A DNA stretch of 64,000 nucleotides, taken from contig OY970194.1 of the NCBI GenBank assembly GCA_963708075.1, forward strand, positions 2,848,001-2,912,000, in the 5' to 3' direction. The position numbers and the translations under genes are program-made. The DNA is from Sedimentisphaerales bacterium. Lineage in GTDB: Bacteria > Planctomycetota > Phycisphaerae > Sedimentisphaerales > Anaerobacaceae. Numbering within the stretch: the first letter of the stretch is position 1; every line of letters starts with the position of its first letter. The notes below the pieces were generated by a model. That model was not told where the DNA came from, did not search any database, and was given only the letters and a program-made list of their open reading frames with translations. Shown piece by piece: positions 42,674 through 52,116 of this stretch.

Positions 42674-44170
42674 ATGGCCAAAGCAAAGTACATCCTGGCG
42701 CTCGACCAGGGCACCACCAGTTCCCGCGCGCTGGTCGTCGACCGGGAAGGCAACATCGGCTCGGTCGCGCAGAAGGAATTCCGGCAAATTTTCCCGAAGA
42801 ACGGTTGGGTCGAGCACGATCCCAACGAGATCTGGTCGACTCAGGCCGGCGTCGCGGCCGAAGCCCTGGCCAAGATGAACATCGCCGGGCAGCAGATCGC
42901 CGCCATCGGGATCAGCAACCAGCGGGAAACGGCCATCGTCTGGGACCGCCGCACCGGCGAGCCCATCTACAACGCCATCGTCTGGCAGGACCGCCGCACC
43001 GCCGAGTTCTGCGACGATCTCAAGAAAGCTGGATTGGCCGATAAGATCCGCAAGAAGACCGGCCTCGTTCTCGATGCTTACTTCTCGGCGACCAAGGTTC
43101 GCTGGATCCTGGACAATGTACCCGGCGCCAGGCAGCGAGCGCTGGCGGGAGAGCTGGCCTTCGGCACCGTCGATGCCTGGCTGGTATGGAAGCTGACCCA
43201 GGGTCGTGTCCACGCGACCGACATTTCCAACGCCAGCCGGACACTGCTCTTCAACATCCACGATCAAAAATGGGACGAGGAACTGTGCAAGCTGTTTGAA
43301 GTCCCCGTATCGATGCTTCCCGAAGTCAAGAGCTGCAGCGAAGCGGTCGGCGTCACCGGGCCTGCATTTGCCGCCGCGGGGATTCCCATCGCCGGAATGG
43401 CGGGCGACCAGCAGGCGGCCATGTTCGGCCAGATGTGCACGGAACCGGGCATGATCAAGAACACCTACGGCACCGGCTGCTTCATCATGATGAACACCGG
43501 GCCCCAAGCCAAACACTCCGCCAACAACCTGCTCACCACCATCGCCTGGAAGCTGGGCGACAGAGTGACCTATGCCCTGGAGGGCAGCATCTTCATCGGC
43601 GGCGCCGTCGTGCAGTGGCTGCGGGACGGGCTGAAATGCATCACCTGCTCCCAGGATGTTGAATCGCTCGCCAACTCCGTCACCGACAACGGCGGCGTCT
43701 ACATGGTCCCGGCATTTGCCGGACTTGGGGCCCCCTATTGGGACCAGTACGCCCGCGGCGCCATCTTCGGCATCACCCGCGGGACGACCGGTGCGCATAT
43801 CGCCCGGGCCTGTCTCGAATCGATCGCCTTTCAGACGAAGGACGTTCTCGACGCCATGGCCGGCGACGCCGGCATCCCGATCACGGAGCTTCGCGTCGAT
43901 GGCGGCGCGTCCGTCAACGACGGTTTGATGGAATTCCAGGCCGGCCTGACGCAGGTGAGAGTCATCCGGCCCCAGACGCTCGAAACCACCGCCATGGGGG
44001 CCGCGTTCTTCGCGGGCCTGGCCGTCGGCTACTGGAAGGACCTGCCCGAGATTCAACAAATCTGGAAGAAGGGCGCCCAGTTCGAATCCCATATGCCGGC
44101 CGAGAGACGGGCTGAGCTTTTGAAGAATTGGCACAAGGCCGTGGATCGGGTGCGAGATTGGGACCGGTAG
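42674..44170 (+). CDS. glpK: Glycerol kinase
   Basis: [54 protein letters not shown]. Confidence 0.97.
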   Translation: MAKAKYILALDQGTTSSRALVVDREGNIGSVAQKEFRQIFPKNGWVEHDPNEIWSTQAGVAAEALAKMNIAGQQIAAIGISNQRETAIVWDRRTGEPIYNAIVWQDRRTAEFCDDLKKAGLADKIRKKTGLVLDAYFSATKVRWILDNVPGARQRALAGELAFGTVDAWLVWKLTQGRVHATDISNASRTLLFNIHDQKWDEELCKLFEVPVSMLPEVKSCSEAVGVTGPAFAAAGIPIAGMAGDQQAAMFGQMCTEPGMIKNTYGTGCFIMMNTGPQAKHSANNLLTTIAWKLGDRVTYALEGSIFIGGAVVQWLRDGLKCITCSQDVESLANSVTDNGGVYMVPAFAGLGAPYWDQYARGAIFGITRGTTGAHIARACLESIAFQTKDVLDAMAGDAGIPITELRVDGGASVNDGLMEFQAGLTQVRVIRPQTLETTAMGAAFFAGLAVGYWKDLPEIQQIWKKGAQFESHMPAERRAELLKNWHKAVDRVRDWDR

Positions 44171-44256
44171 CGCGAAGTCCGACGTGTGAAGTATGATTCC
44201 TGATTTCAGAATCAACCATCAACCATCAAACTTCTCACTTCCTAGGAGACCTGTGT

Positions 44257-44979
44257 ATGAGTGAGTTTACGGCCGAATTCATTGGAACGATGATCCTGGT
44301 CCTCCTGGGCGATGGTGTGGTCGCCAACGTCTGCCTCAAGGGCACCAAGGGAGGCAACGGCGGCTGGATGGTGATCACCATGGGCTGGGGCATGGCCGTC
44401 TTCACAGCGGTCATGATCGCCGAGCCATTCAGCGGCGCCCATATCAATCCGGCGGTGACGATCGGCCTGGCGGCGGCAAAGACATTCCCCATGGCCAAGG
44501 TCCCCCTGTTCCTCGCGGCGCAGTTCCTCGGCGGCGCCGCGGGTGCGATGCTCGTCTGGCTGTTCTACAAGGCCCATTATGACATCAGCACCGACCAGGG
44601 CGCGATCCTCGGAACCTTCTCCACCGGCCCGGCGATTCGCCGCCCGATCCTCAACCTCCTCTGCGAAGTGATCGGCACCTTCGTCCTGCTCATGGCGGTG
44701 CTGCATGCGGCCAGCCCGAAGTTTGCCATGACGGACGGCGAGGTCAAAGTAGGCATGGGTTCGCTCGGCGCCATCCCGGTCGCCTTTGTGGTGATCGGCA
44801 TTGGCCTGTCCCTTGGCGGAACGACCGGCTATGCCATCAACCCCGCCCGCGACCTCGGCCCGCGCCTCGTCCACTACCTCGTGCCCATCCCCAATAAAGG
44901 GGCAAGTGACTGGTCCTATAGCTGGGTCCCCATCGTCGGCCCCATCGTCGGCGCCCTCCTGGCCGTCCTCGTCTCATAG
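44257..44979 (+). CDS. glpF: MIP family glycerol uptake facilitator
   Basis: SGAHINPAVT and GYAINPARDLGPR; downstream of glpK. Confidence 0.95.
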   Translation: MSEFTAEFIGTMILVLLGDGVVANVCLKGTKGGNGGWMVITMGWGMAVFTAVMIAEPFSGAHINPAVTIGLAAAKTFPMAKVPLFLAAQFLGGAAGAMLVWLFYKAHYDISTDQGAILGTFSTGPAIRRPILNLLCEVIGTFVLLMAVLHAASPKFAMTDGEVKVGMGSLGAIPVAFVVIGIGLSLGGTTGYAINPARDLGPRLVHYLVPIPNKGASDWSYSWVPIVGPIVGALLAVLVS

Positions 44980-45416
44980 GAGGCGCAAACCGAGCGCGAC
45001 CGGGTGAGAATAGTCTCCACGAGTTACCGCTGTCCGAAGGCACTCGAGAACTCGCAACAATCACGCCATCCCAAGGACAGCTCGCCATCTCCTTTGTGAG
45101 ATGTCGGTGACGCATCTTCGATTACACCCATCTTTCGCACCAAGATAGGGAATTTCATCTACGCGAACGCGCGATTTTCCCAGTGCTCCGTCAGGGCTGC
45201 CGGCGATATAACGCGATTACTGCGGGATTGGCATGCATGAGGCGGCAAGAGAAGATAGCAGACGCGGAGCACCGCGCGACGCATTTGGGAGAATCGGGAC
45301 GTGAGACACGCACGTATTTCAGAGGAAGAGAGGTACGACGTATGAAGATCAAGACACGTATTCGGAAACAGGCGGCTGTCATTGCACGTGGGGCGCATGG
45401 CGATGGGAGGTGCAGG

Positions 45417-46610
45417 ATGGGGCGGCAAGTCCGCCAATTGCTCTTGGCTTCGGTGATTCTGTCCCTGTTCGGGACGGTCGTGGCGACCGGCAACCAGTTG
45501 ACGCCGACGCAAGCCTTGGGCAAGTCCATCTTCTTCGATAGAATCTCCTCGCCTGACCGGATGGCTTGTGCCGAGTGCCACGCCCCTGGAACCGGCTTCA
45601 CCGGGCCGATCCCGGGCATCAACAAGCAAGGGGCCGTCTATCGGGGCGCCGTGCCCCAGCGGTTCGGCAATCGCAAGCCCCCAAGCAGCGCCTATGCCAC
45701 ACTCAGCCCCGTCTTCCACTATGATGCGGCCAAGGGAGTTTTCGTTGGAGGCAATTTCTGGGACGGGCGCGCAACCGGTAACGTCCTTGGCAACCCTGCG
45801 GCCGATCAGGCGCTGGGTCCGTTCCTGAATCCGGTCGAGCAGAACAATCCAAGCATGAAGGCCGTGCTCGAACAGATTGCCGGGTCCAAGTACGCGGATC
45901 TTTGGAAGCAAGTCTGGGGTGAGCCGATCCAGTACGATACGCCCGAGCACATCGTGTTGAACTACGGCCGCGTCGGCCTGACCATCGCAGCTTACGAGGA
46001 TTCACCCGAGGTCAATCAGTTCAGCTCGAAGTACGACTACTACCTGCACGGAAAGGCACAATTGACGAGGCAGGAGCGATGGGGTCTGGAACTGTTCAAC
46101 GACAAAGGCCGCTGTGCGACCTGCCACCCAAGTGAGCCGGGACCGGGGGGAGAACCGCCTCTGTTCACCAACTTCACCTTCGACAACCTGGGAGCGCCCA
46201 AGAATCCCCAGAACCCATTCTACGATATGGACACGGTCCTCCTCCCCGATGGCTCACCGATCAACCCTGCCGGGGCCAACTGGGTCGATCTGGGACTGGG
46301 CGGCTTCCTGGAGACTGTGCCCGAATGGGCAGACATGGCGGCGGAGAACTACGGCAAACAGAAAGCCCCGACTCTGAGAAACGTGGACAAGCGTCCCGGC
46401 AACGGCTTCGTGAAAGCCTATCTGCACAATGGCGTTTTCAAGTCGCTTGAAACGGTAGTCCACTTCTACAACACGCGGGATATCGGCGACTGGCCACCGC
46501 CGGAGGTCCCGGAGAATGTCAACTTCAATGAACTCGGAGACCTCGGTCTGACGGCGGACGAAGAGGCGGCGATCGTCGCCTTCCTCGGGACGCTCTCGGA
46601 CGGCTACTAA
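45417..46610 (+). CDS. Di-heme cytochrome c peroxidase/MauG superfamily protein
   Basis: Signal peptide, LGKSIFFD, CAECH, FWDGRA, CATCH, KAPTLRNV, YLHNG, VHFYN; GGAGG RBS before ATG 45417. Confidence 0.88.
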   Translation: MGRQVRQLLLASVILSLFGTVVATGNQLTPTQALGKSIFFDRISSPDRMACAECHAPGTGFTGPIPGINKQGAVYRGAVPQRFGNRKPPSSAYATLSPVFHYDAAKGVFVGGNFWDGRATGNVLGNPAADQALGPFLNPVEQNNPSMKAVLEQIAGSKYADLWKQVWGEPIQYDTPEHIVLNYGRVGLTIAAYEDSPEVNQFSSKYDYYLHGKAQLTRQERWGLELFNDKGRCATCHPSEPGPGGEPPLFTNFTFDNLGAPKNPQNPFYDMDTVLLPDGSPINPAGANWVDLGLGGFLETVPEWADMAAENYGKQKAPTLRNVDKRPGNGFVKAYLHNGVFKSLETVVHFYNTRDIGDWPPPEVPENVNFNELGDLGLTADEEAAIVAFLGTLSDGY

Positions 46611-46705
46611 GCCATAGCGGGCACGGAGGTGACGAGAACCGGCCCTGAGCACGGACTCGAACCCGATCACCAGGTCCTCTGTCTTGTCCGAGCCAAGAAG
46701 GAGGG

Positions 46706-47150
46706 TCAGCCTTCCTGGATGACCTTCAATCGCATCAGGTGGGCCAGGTGACGAATACTCTGCGTATGGTCGCCGTAGTAGGCGACGCGGTGCAGGGAGG
46801 CGCAGTAATCCTTGACGCTGGCGCCGAGTGCGCCGCCGCCCCAGTTGGATAGCAGCCTGTCGGCATTGTCCACTTCGGCCACGAGCTACGTTCGGCAACC
46901 GCGTTCCTCGCCCTTTGGGACCCTGGGCACCTCGATGATCTTGCCGGTGAACAGCAATAGTGTGTCAAGATGGACCAATTTGGTGAAGGTGACCCTCTGC
47001 CCGATGCGATAATGGACCTCGGTCACGGCACCGCCGCGGACCTCGGCGTGCCTACGGAGCAGATAGGGCGCTTTCGGGCCTGCTGGCCCCTCCATCCTCA
47101 GCGGGGCCGAGCAGTGGGAGAGATGAAAGGCGTTCTTCGCGGTGTCCACG
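46706..47150 (-). pseudogene. C-terminal fragment of an L-fucose/L-arabinose isomerase-like protein
   Basis: LSHCSAPLRM..LRRHAE..GQRVT..RGCRT*LVAEV..LHRVAYYGDH..LAHLMRLKVIQEG; internal TAG at 46886-46888 and no N-terminal part. Confidence 0.65.
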
Positions 47151-47389
47151 CCGCCGAGTGCAGTGTACACACATGAGTTGTCTCCCGATGCATCAATCTC
47201 TCACGGCGATTTGCCCGCGATCCTGCCACGGATCATAGGCATAATCTTCGGGAAAGCACAGAGGCTGTCTGATGAGAGAAAAAGTCCCAACAGTAACGGT
47301 GACAGCCACCCGTCGGTTCCTGGGTGGCTGTCACCGCTCAACCACGCTTGGTCCTTCTTGCACAGGAGAAGTTGAGAGCTATGGCCTCA

Positions 47390-49261
47390 TCATGGCGCGG
47401 ATCGGGTCAGGCGGATGTCGTCGACGAACAAGGAGCCGGTGCCGCCCGCACTGGGAGCATTGCGGCTGCCCGCGCCAATCCACATGTCCGTGATGCCGGC
47501 GGCGTTCACGCCCTGGGCGGTGAACTCGCTCAGCGGTATCGGCCACTCGATCCACTTGATCGAGGTCGCCGCCGCAGGGTCGGGGCATGTGACAACGACC
47601 TTTCGCCCCGTGCTATCCTGCAGCGCCACGTACAGCGATGCAGCACCGTTGGCCGCGAGGCCCTGCACGTACAGCACGAGCGTATCGGCCCCGTCGACCG
47701 TCCAATCCTGCGGCGCGGTCCAGGTCCGCTGGGCTTCTGAATAATAGGGTTTGAGCGTGTTGTCATAGGACATCGGCATGGCCTGTCGCCCGCCATGGAC
47801 AACCGTCAGCTCGACCCACGGCGCGTCGTTCGTCCCGACAAGAGCCCCGGAGCCATTGCCGGCCTGTCCGGGCTCGGGCTGCGTGTACCCGCCGCCATCG
47901 ATCCAGACCTGGAAGATGCGATGAAGATTCGCAAAGTCATCCGTGTAGCTCTCAAAATCGTCCACGACGATGAAATTGGCCGTAGTGAAGGTCCATACGG
48001 CCCCCTTCCACAGACCTTCCGGATCAGCGGCGTTGACCTCGTCGATTCGCCAGTAGTAGGTCTTGTTCCACTCGAGGTTTCCCGGATCGAAGCTGTTGGC
48101 GTCGAGCGTCTGTCGGCCGCGGTAGATATCCTTCGTCGTTGCATTCGCGTCAGCGACGGCGTTTGCATCCTCACCGAAATACACGTCATGCGAAGCGGCT
48201 CTGACGCCGGAAGACCAGCTAAGAATCGATGTCTGCTTTACATCTACAGCACCACTGCGCGGGCTGGGAGCGTTGGCAGTCCTTGAGTCTATAATCTCAA
48301 TTACCTTGCCAACTCCGGCGCTTAGCAGCATTCTCGCCCCATCATCCGCCACGTCAAAACCCCAGTTCGGGCTGGTGTCTTCAGCTAATGCATCAAGTCC
48401 TGCCTTCGTGTATACAGTCTGTAGAGTTCCCAGCGTGGTTGCATCGGTCATGCGGTAAACGTAGACACCGTCATGTGTCGTATGGACATACAGGAATCCG
48501 TCCACTTCCTTGACCGTCCAGAGTCCCCAACTGCCGTCGCCGGTCACGTTGAGGGTTCCCAACCGCGTGGAGACACCGGTGGCAAGGTTGATTGCCCAGA
48601 ATCCCGCGCTGTTTACGCCGGAGTCGCCAAAATAGGCGTAGCCGCTGTAAACATCTCCCACCCGAACGTTCCGGATGCGCGTTGTCGACGGCGTCGTCAC
48701 ATAGCCGTTGGCGTTCCACTTCGTGTTGGCGGTAACTTGAAACGGGTCGGCCTTGATGTCCGTCAGGTACAGGTTGTTCCGCAACCCACTCTTGTAGCTA
48801 GTATGAATGATCGTGTCATCATCCACCCAGTCATAAGAACTGGGCGTGACGGCCAGATTCGTCGTGAACACCCGAGTGGCAATGTTGAGATTGGGATCGA
48901 TCCTTGAAAAGTAGTCACTGCTGGCGCCCCCGGCGAGTAGTACATAGTCCGCGGCCGGGAACGCGCAGGCCATACGAACCTCGGCGCCATCTTTGATATC
49001 CGCCAGGGCCTCATAGCTGGTCGAGCCGGCCGGGTAGCAGCCTACCGCACGCTGAGGAGCGTTGATCTGAGCAACGTAGTTCTTCCCGCCGAACGAACGC
49101 GGGTTGTACATAGAACTGCGGGCGGCAAGCTCCTTTCCAATATCAATGACCGTGCCGACCTTAAGTGACTCAGCGGGCAAAGGCACACCCAAAGCCTGCT
49201 GCATGATTCCGAACGTCAACAGCACAACAGAAAGCGTCAAAAGACATGATTGCTTGAACAT
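47390..49261 (-). CDS. Secreted beta-rich protein with lineage-typical C-terminal module
   Basis: AGGAGG RBS, signal peptide; PSP..ILSW..HDVYFG..TYYWRIDEVN..VVDDFESY..WIDG..VDDIRL. Confidence 0.75.
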   Translation of the reverse strand: MFKQSCLLTLSVVLLTFGIMQQALGVPLPAESLKVGTVIDIGKELAARSSMYNPRSFGGKNYVAQINAPQRAVGCYPAGSTSYEALADIKDGAEVRMACAFPAADYVLLAGGASSDYFSRIDPNLNIATRVFTTNLAVTPSSYDWVDDDTIIHTSYKSGLRNNLYLTDIKADPFQVTANTKWNANGYVTTPSTTRIRNVRVGDVYSGYAYFGDSGVNSAGFWAINLATGVSTRLGTLNVTGDGSWGLWTVKEVDGFLYVHTTHDGVYVYRMTDATTLGTLQTVYTKAGLDALAEDTSPNWGFDVADDGARMLLSAGVGKVIEIIDSRTANAPSPRSGAVDVKQTSILSWSSGVRAASHDVYFGEDANAVADANATTKDIYRGRQTLDANSFDPGNLEWNKTYYWRIDEVNAADPEGLWKGAVWTFTTANFIVVDDFESYTDDFANLHRIFQVWIDGGGYTQPEPGQAGNGSGALVGTNDAPWVELTVVHGGRQAMPMSYDNTLKPYYSEAQRTWTAPQDWTVDGADTLVLYVQGLAANGAASLYVALQDSTGRKVVVTCPDPAAATSIKWIEWPIPLSEFTAQGVNAAGITDMWIGAGSRNAPSAGGTGSLFVDDIRLTRSAP

Positions 49262-49749
49262 AATAGTCCTCCTTCTCGGTTCAGAGCACGACGTGCGCCT
49301 GGTGGATGGGATCGAGGTCACAATAGCCGATCTCGACAGGCACAACCTTGATAACATCATCTATACCGAAATACATGCGTTCTTGTCAAGGGATATCCCT
49401 CCAGAATACCGGGGATTCCAGGGATGCCCGCCTGTTTCGCGCCGCCATCCGAAGGGACTCCGCACAAGTCGATGGGAACAGCCGTGAGAAATGCTCCCCC
49501 TATTCCGCCGGCTTCTTCGTACGATGTCACCGGCCATAGTCCTCCGGGGAATTGAGGCAGGCATACGGCCCATGGAGCACATACGCCTTGCGATCGCGAC
49601 CCTTGGCGGCCGTCCTCTTTCTTATCACTTGTCACCTGTCACTTCTCCCTTGCGGGCCCCGCCCGCTTTCGCCATAATCCTGGCCAGGCCGCCGCTGACA
49701 GAGCGGCGATGGACGAGTTGAAGCCATTTATACACGCAGGCAGGCGGGC

Positions 49750-50274
49750 ATGAAGATCGAGCGATTGACACCTTCCCACGCCGAGGCTTATCGGGCCCTC
49801 ATGCTGGAGGCCTACACGGCTCATCCCGACGCATTCACCTCCACCGCGGCCGAACGTGAGAAACTGCCAATGGCCTGGTGGGAGGCACGCCTGAGTACAG
49901 AGCCTTCCCCCAAGCGCCTCGTCCTCGGCGCGTTCCAGGCCGGCGAGCTCGCAGGCGTCGTCGGCCTGTCCTTCGAGCAGCGAGAAAAGGTCCGCCACAA
50001 AGCCACCCTGTTCGGGATGTACGTCCGCCCTGCTTTTCGAGGCCAAGGCCTCGGCCGTCAACTCGTCCAATCCGCCCTGAAATACGCAAGCGAACGTCGC
50101 GACGTGAAGCTGTTGCAACTAACCGTGACAGAGGGCAACGCCCCCGGCGTAGCCCTTTACGAGAGCTGTGGCTTCATCCCCTTCGGCCTGGAGCCCCTGG
50201 CCGTCGCTACAGGCTCAAGCTACATCTCGAAACTGCACATGTGGCGCAGGGTCGATGCTGAGAAGCCAAGTTGA
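49750..50274 (+). CDS. GNAT family N-acetyltransferase
   Basis: GMYVRPAFRGQGLGRQL, LTVTEGN..ALYESCGF. Confidence 0.92.
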   Translation: MKIERLTPSHAEAYRALMLEAYTAHPDAFTSTAAEREKLPMAWWEARLSTEPSPKRLVLGAFQAGELAGVVGLSFEQREKVRHKATLFGMYVRPAFRGQGLGRQLVQSALKYASERRDVKLLQLTVTEGNAPGVALYESCGFIPFGLEPLAVATGSSYISKLHMWRRVDAEKPS

Positions 50275-50341
50275 GCAGGAAACAGGGCACGTCCCTGGTG
50301 TCTCCGCCGGCCAACAACTGGTAACCAACTATCTTTTTTTC

Positions 50342-50370
50342 TTGCCTGCTCCGTACCCGTCCGCCATAAT
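50342..50370 (+). promoter_or_regulatory. Sigma70-like promoter ahead of the structured leader
   Basis: TTGCCT-N17-CATAAT, placing +1 near 50377. Confidence 0.5.
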
Positions 50371-50376
50371 ACTTAA

Positions 50377-50527
50377 TAGAGAAGCACCTGTATGAAGCCG
50401 CGACGAATGAGTTGGAGCCCCTTACCGGGCGGACAGATGCGGTGAGGCCGAAATGAATGGAATAGCCGCAGAACTGAGAGGACCGAAGAACAGCGGATAG
50501 GAGAAGACGACAACAGGTGGCTATCCC
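50377..50527 (+). ncRNA. Structured non-coding leader (IS110 left-end/bridge-RNA-like), continuing at 52055-52116 after the IS4 insertion
   Basis: No credible ORF; stems CACCTGT/ACAGGTG, GCCC/GGGC, TGCGG/CCGCA, CCGC/GCGG with purine-rich loops. Confidence 0.45.
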
Positions 50528-52043
50528 GAATGGCATGAAGATAAGGTCATCCGGTGGCCTTCAAGAGAATCTGTTGCAGTTCATGTCTGGGTCTGTTTAG
50601 TCGGGTGTATTTCTTGGGTCTGCGTTTGACGGCCCGAGGTTCGATGCGGTGGGGACGGTCCGGCAGTTTGTCACGAGCGATCCATTCCAGCAGCAGCGAG
50701 TAGACAACACGGGCCCGGCGTGTTCTCGCGTGGAACCAGAGATAGGGAGCTATGGCGTTCACCCGTGCAACGGTGCCGGCAAAACTCAGCCGGTGCAGAA
50801 ACTGTCCATGCTGCCGGGCGGCTTGCCACATCAAAGCTCGAATCAGATTGTACGCCACCAGATGCATGAGGATTTCCTTGCGGATGATATCCGCACTCTT
50901 GCCGCGAAGGATATGCATCTGCAAGGTCGTCTGAACGTCCCTCAACCGCAACTCGACGGTCCAGCGATCCCCGTACAAACGGGCGATCTCCTCCAACGGA
51001 TAGGCCACAGCATCCACCAGCGTCGTGGCGACCATGATCGTCCGGCTTCGAAATCCGGGAATCTGGGGACAAAAGCGAATCACCCGAACAGTGATGTGCT
51101 CCGGCAGAGACATCCATTGCTTGCGAGACAGACCCCGCGGTCGAATCATGGGCCGATCCCACGTCATCAGCCGATCCTGACGACCCAGGCATTTGCCCTT
51201 GCGAAAGTCCATCGTACGGGAACGCGCCCCGTGCAGGCGAAACACCGCATCGCAGCCACGCCTGAGCAACTCGGCCACGACCACGTACGTACAGTAGAAC
51301 CGATCCGCCAAGACAATGTCGCGTTCCTTTAGCCGTCCCCAGAGTTGGCCCACAAGCGTTAATTCCGAACTGCGATACGCCCCGATCGCAACGTCCAGGA
51401 TGGCCCCCGTGGCCCAGCAGAACAGCACCACCATTCGGGCCACTGGAAACCCGCAGCCCTGCTTCTGGGCGTCGGGTTGGCCAAACTCGGTTTGCAGTTC
51501 CGGCGTATCCGGCATCGAACAACTGGAGCCATCAACGACTCGAACCCGCCGACCATGCCAGAGCAACTCCGGCAGGACCTTGTCCTCAAAGCAGCGGCCG
51601 ACGTTCCGTAGAGCCGCTACGAAGACCGACAGCGGCACACGCTGGCGAGCTTGACAATAGGCGCTGGCGTCGGGGGAAATACGCCGTTCGGATGTATCGG
51701 CCTGCTCAGCCAGCATCAAAGCGACCGCCTCCCGGCACGCGGACCCAGGGTGCAGAACCTGAATCAGAAACGTCCAGAATGTCGTCATGGGATTCCAGAT
51801 GCGATCTCGCCAGTGGTAATCCTCCGGCACCACGACGACACCCGTAGATAGCGCATCGCCTAACAGAGCAACACGGCCCCACAAATCGTTCTTGAGAAGG
51901 TCCCGCCAGTAGACTATCCTTGCCATTGATGGCCTCCTTTCTGCTTGAGTTGTCTTGTCTACTACCAACCCAAACAAGATACAGGAGGCCTTCTTGTCAA
52001 CCCCTTGCTCCACAAAGACTTATCGCTTATCTTCATGCCATTC
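50528..52043 (-). mobile_element. IS4-family insertion sequence
   Basis: Perfect 18-bp IR GAATGGCATGAAGATAAG (50528-50545 and 52026-52043); 11-bp target duplication GTGGCTATCCC (50517-50527 and 52044-52054). Confidence 0.93.
50547..51926 (-). CDS. IS4 family transposase
   Basis: SAYCQARQR, VVDGS, LADRFY, LYGDRWTVELRLRDVQ (YREK-like), EPRAVKRRPK. Confidence 0.93.
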   Translation of the reverse strand: MARIVYWRDLLKNDLWGRVALLGDALSTGVVVVPEDYHWRDRIWNPMTTFWTFLIQVLHPGSACREAVALMLAEQADTSERRISPDASAYCQARQRVPLSVFVAALRNVGRCFEDKVLPELLWHGRRVRVVDGSSCSMPDTPELQTEFGQPDAQKQGCGFPVARMVVLFCWATGAILDVAIGAYRSSELTLVGQLWGRLKERDIVLADRFYCTYVVVAELLRRGCDAVFRLHGARSRTMDFRKGKCLGRQDRLMTWDRPMIRPRGLSRKQWMSLPEHITVRVIRFCPQIPGFRSRTIMVATTLVDAVAYPLEEIARLYGDRWTVELRLRDVQTTLQMHILRGKSADIIRKEILMHLVAYNLIRALMWQAARQHGQFLHRLSFAGTVARVNAIAPYLWFHARTRRARVVYSLLLEWIARDKLPDRPHRIEPRAVKRRPKKYTRLNRPRHELQQILLKATG

Positions 52044-52116
52044 GTGGCTATCCCCGGTTCTCTCCGATTTCTCCTGCACAGAATTGCCGAGGGAGTACAC
52101 CAAAAAGAGGGGTATA

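Noticed and set aside
44980..45130. Minus-strand peptide ..CPWDGVIVASS.. resembling a PIN toxin fragment
   Set aside because: Similarity is too short, and the ORF runs into glpF antisense.
47260..47340. CTGATGA (47269-47275) as a hammerhead ribozyme core
   Set aside because: No stem II followed by GAAA and no stem III/cleavage triplet; the nearby GGTGACAGCCACCC hairpin is better explained as a terminator or repeat.
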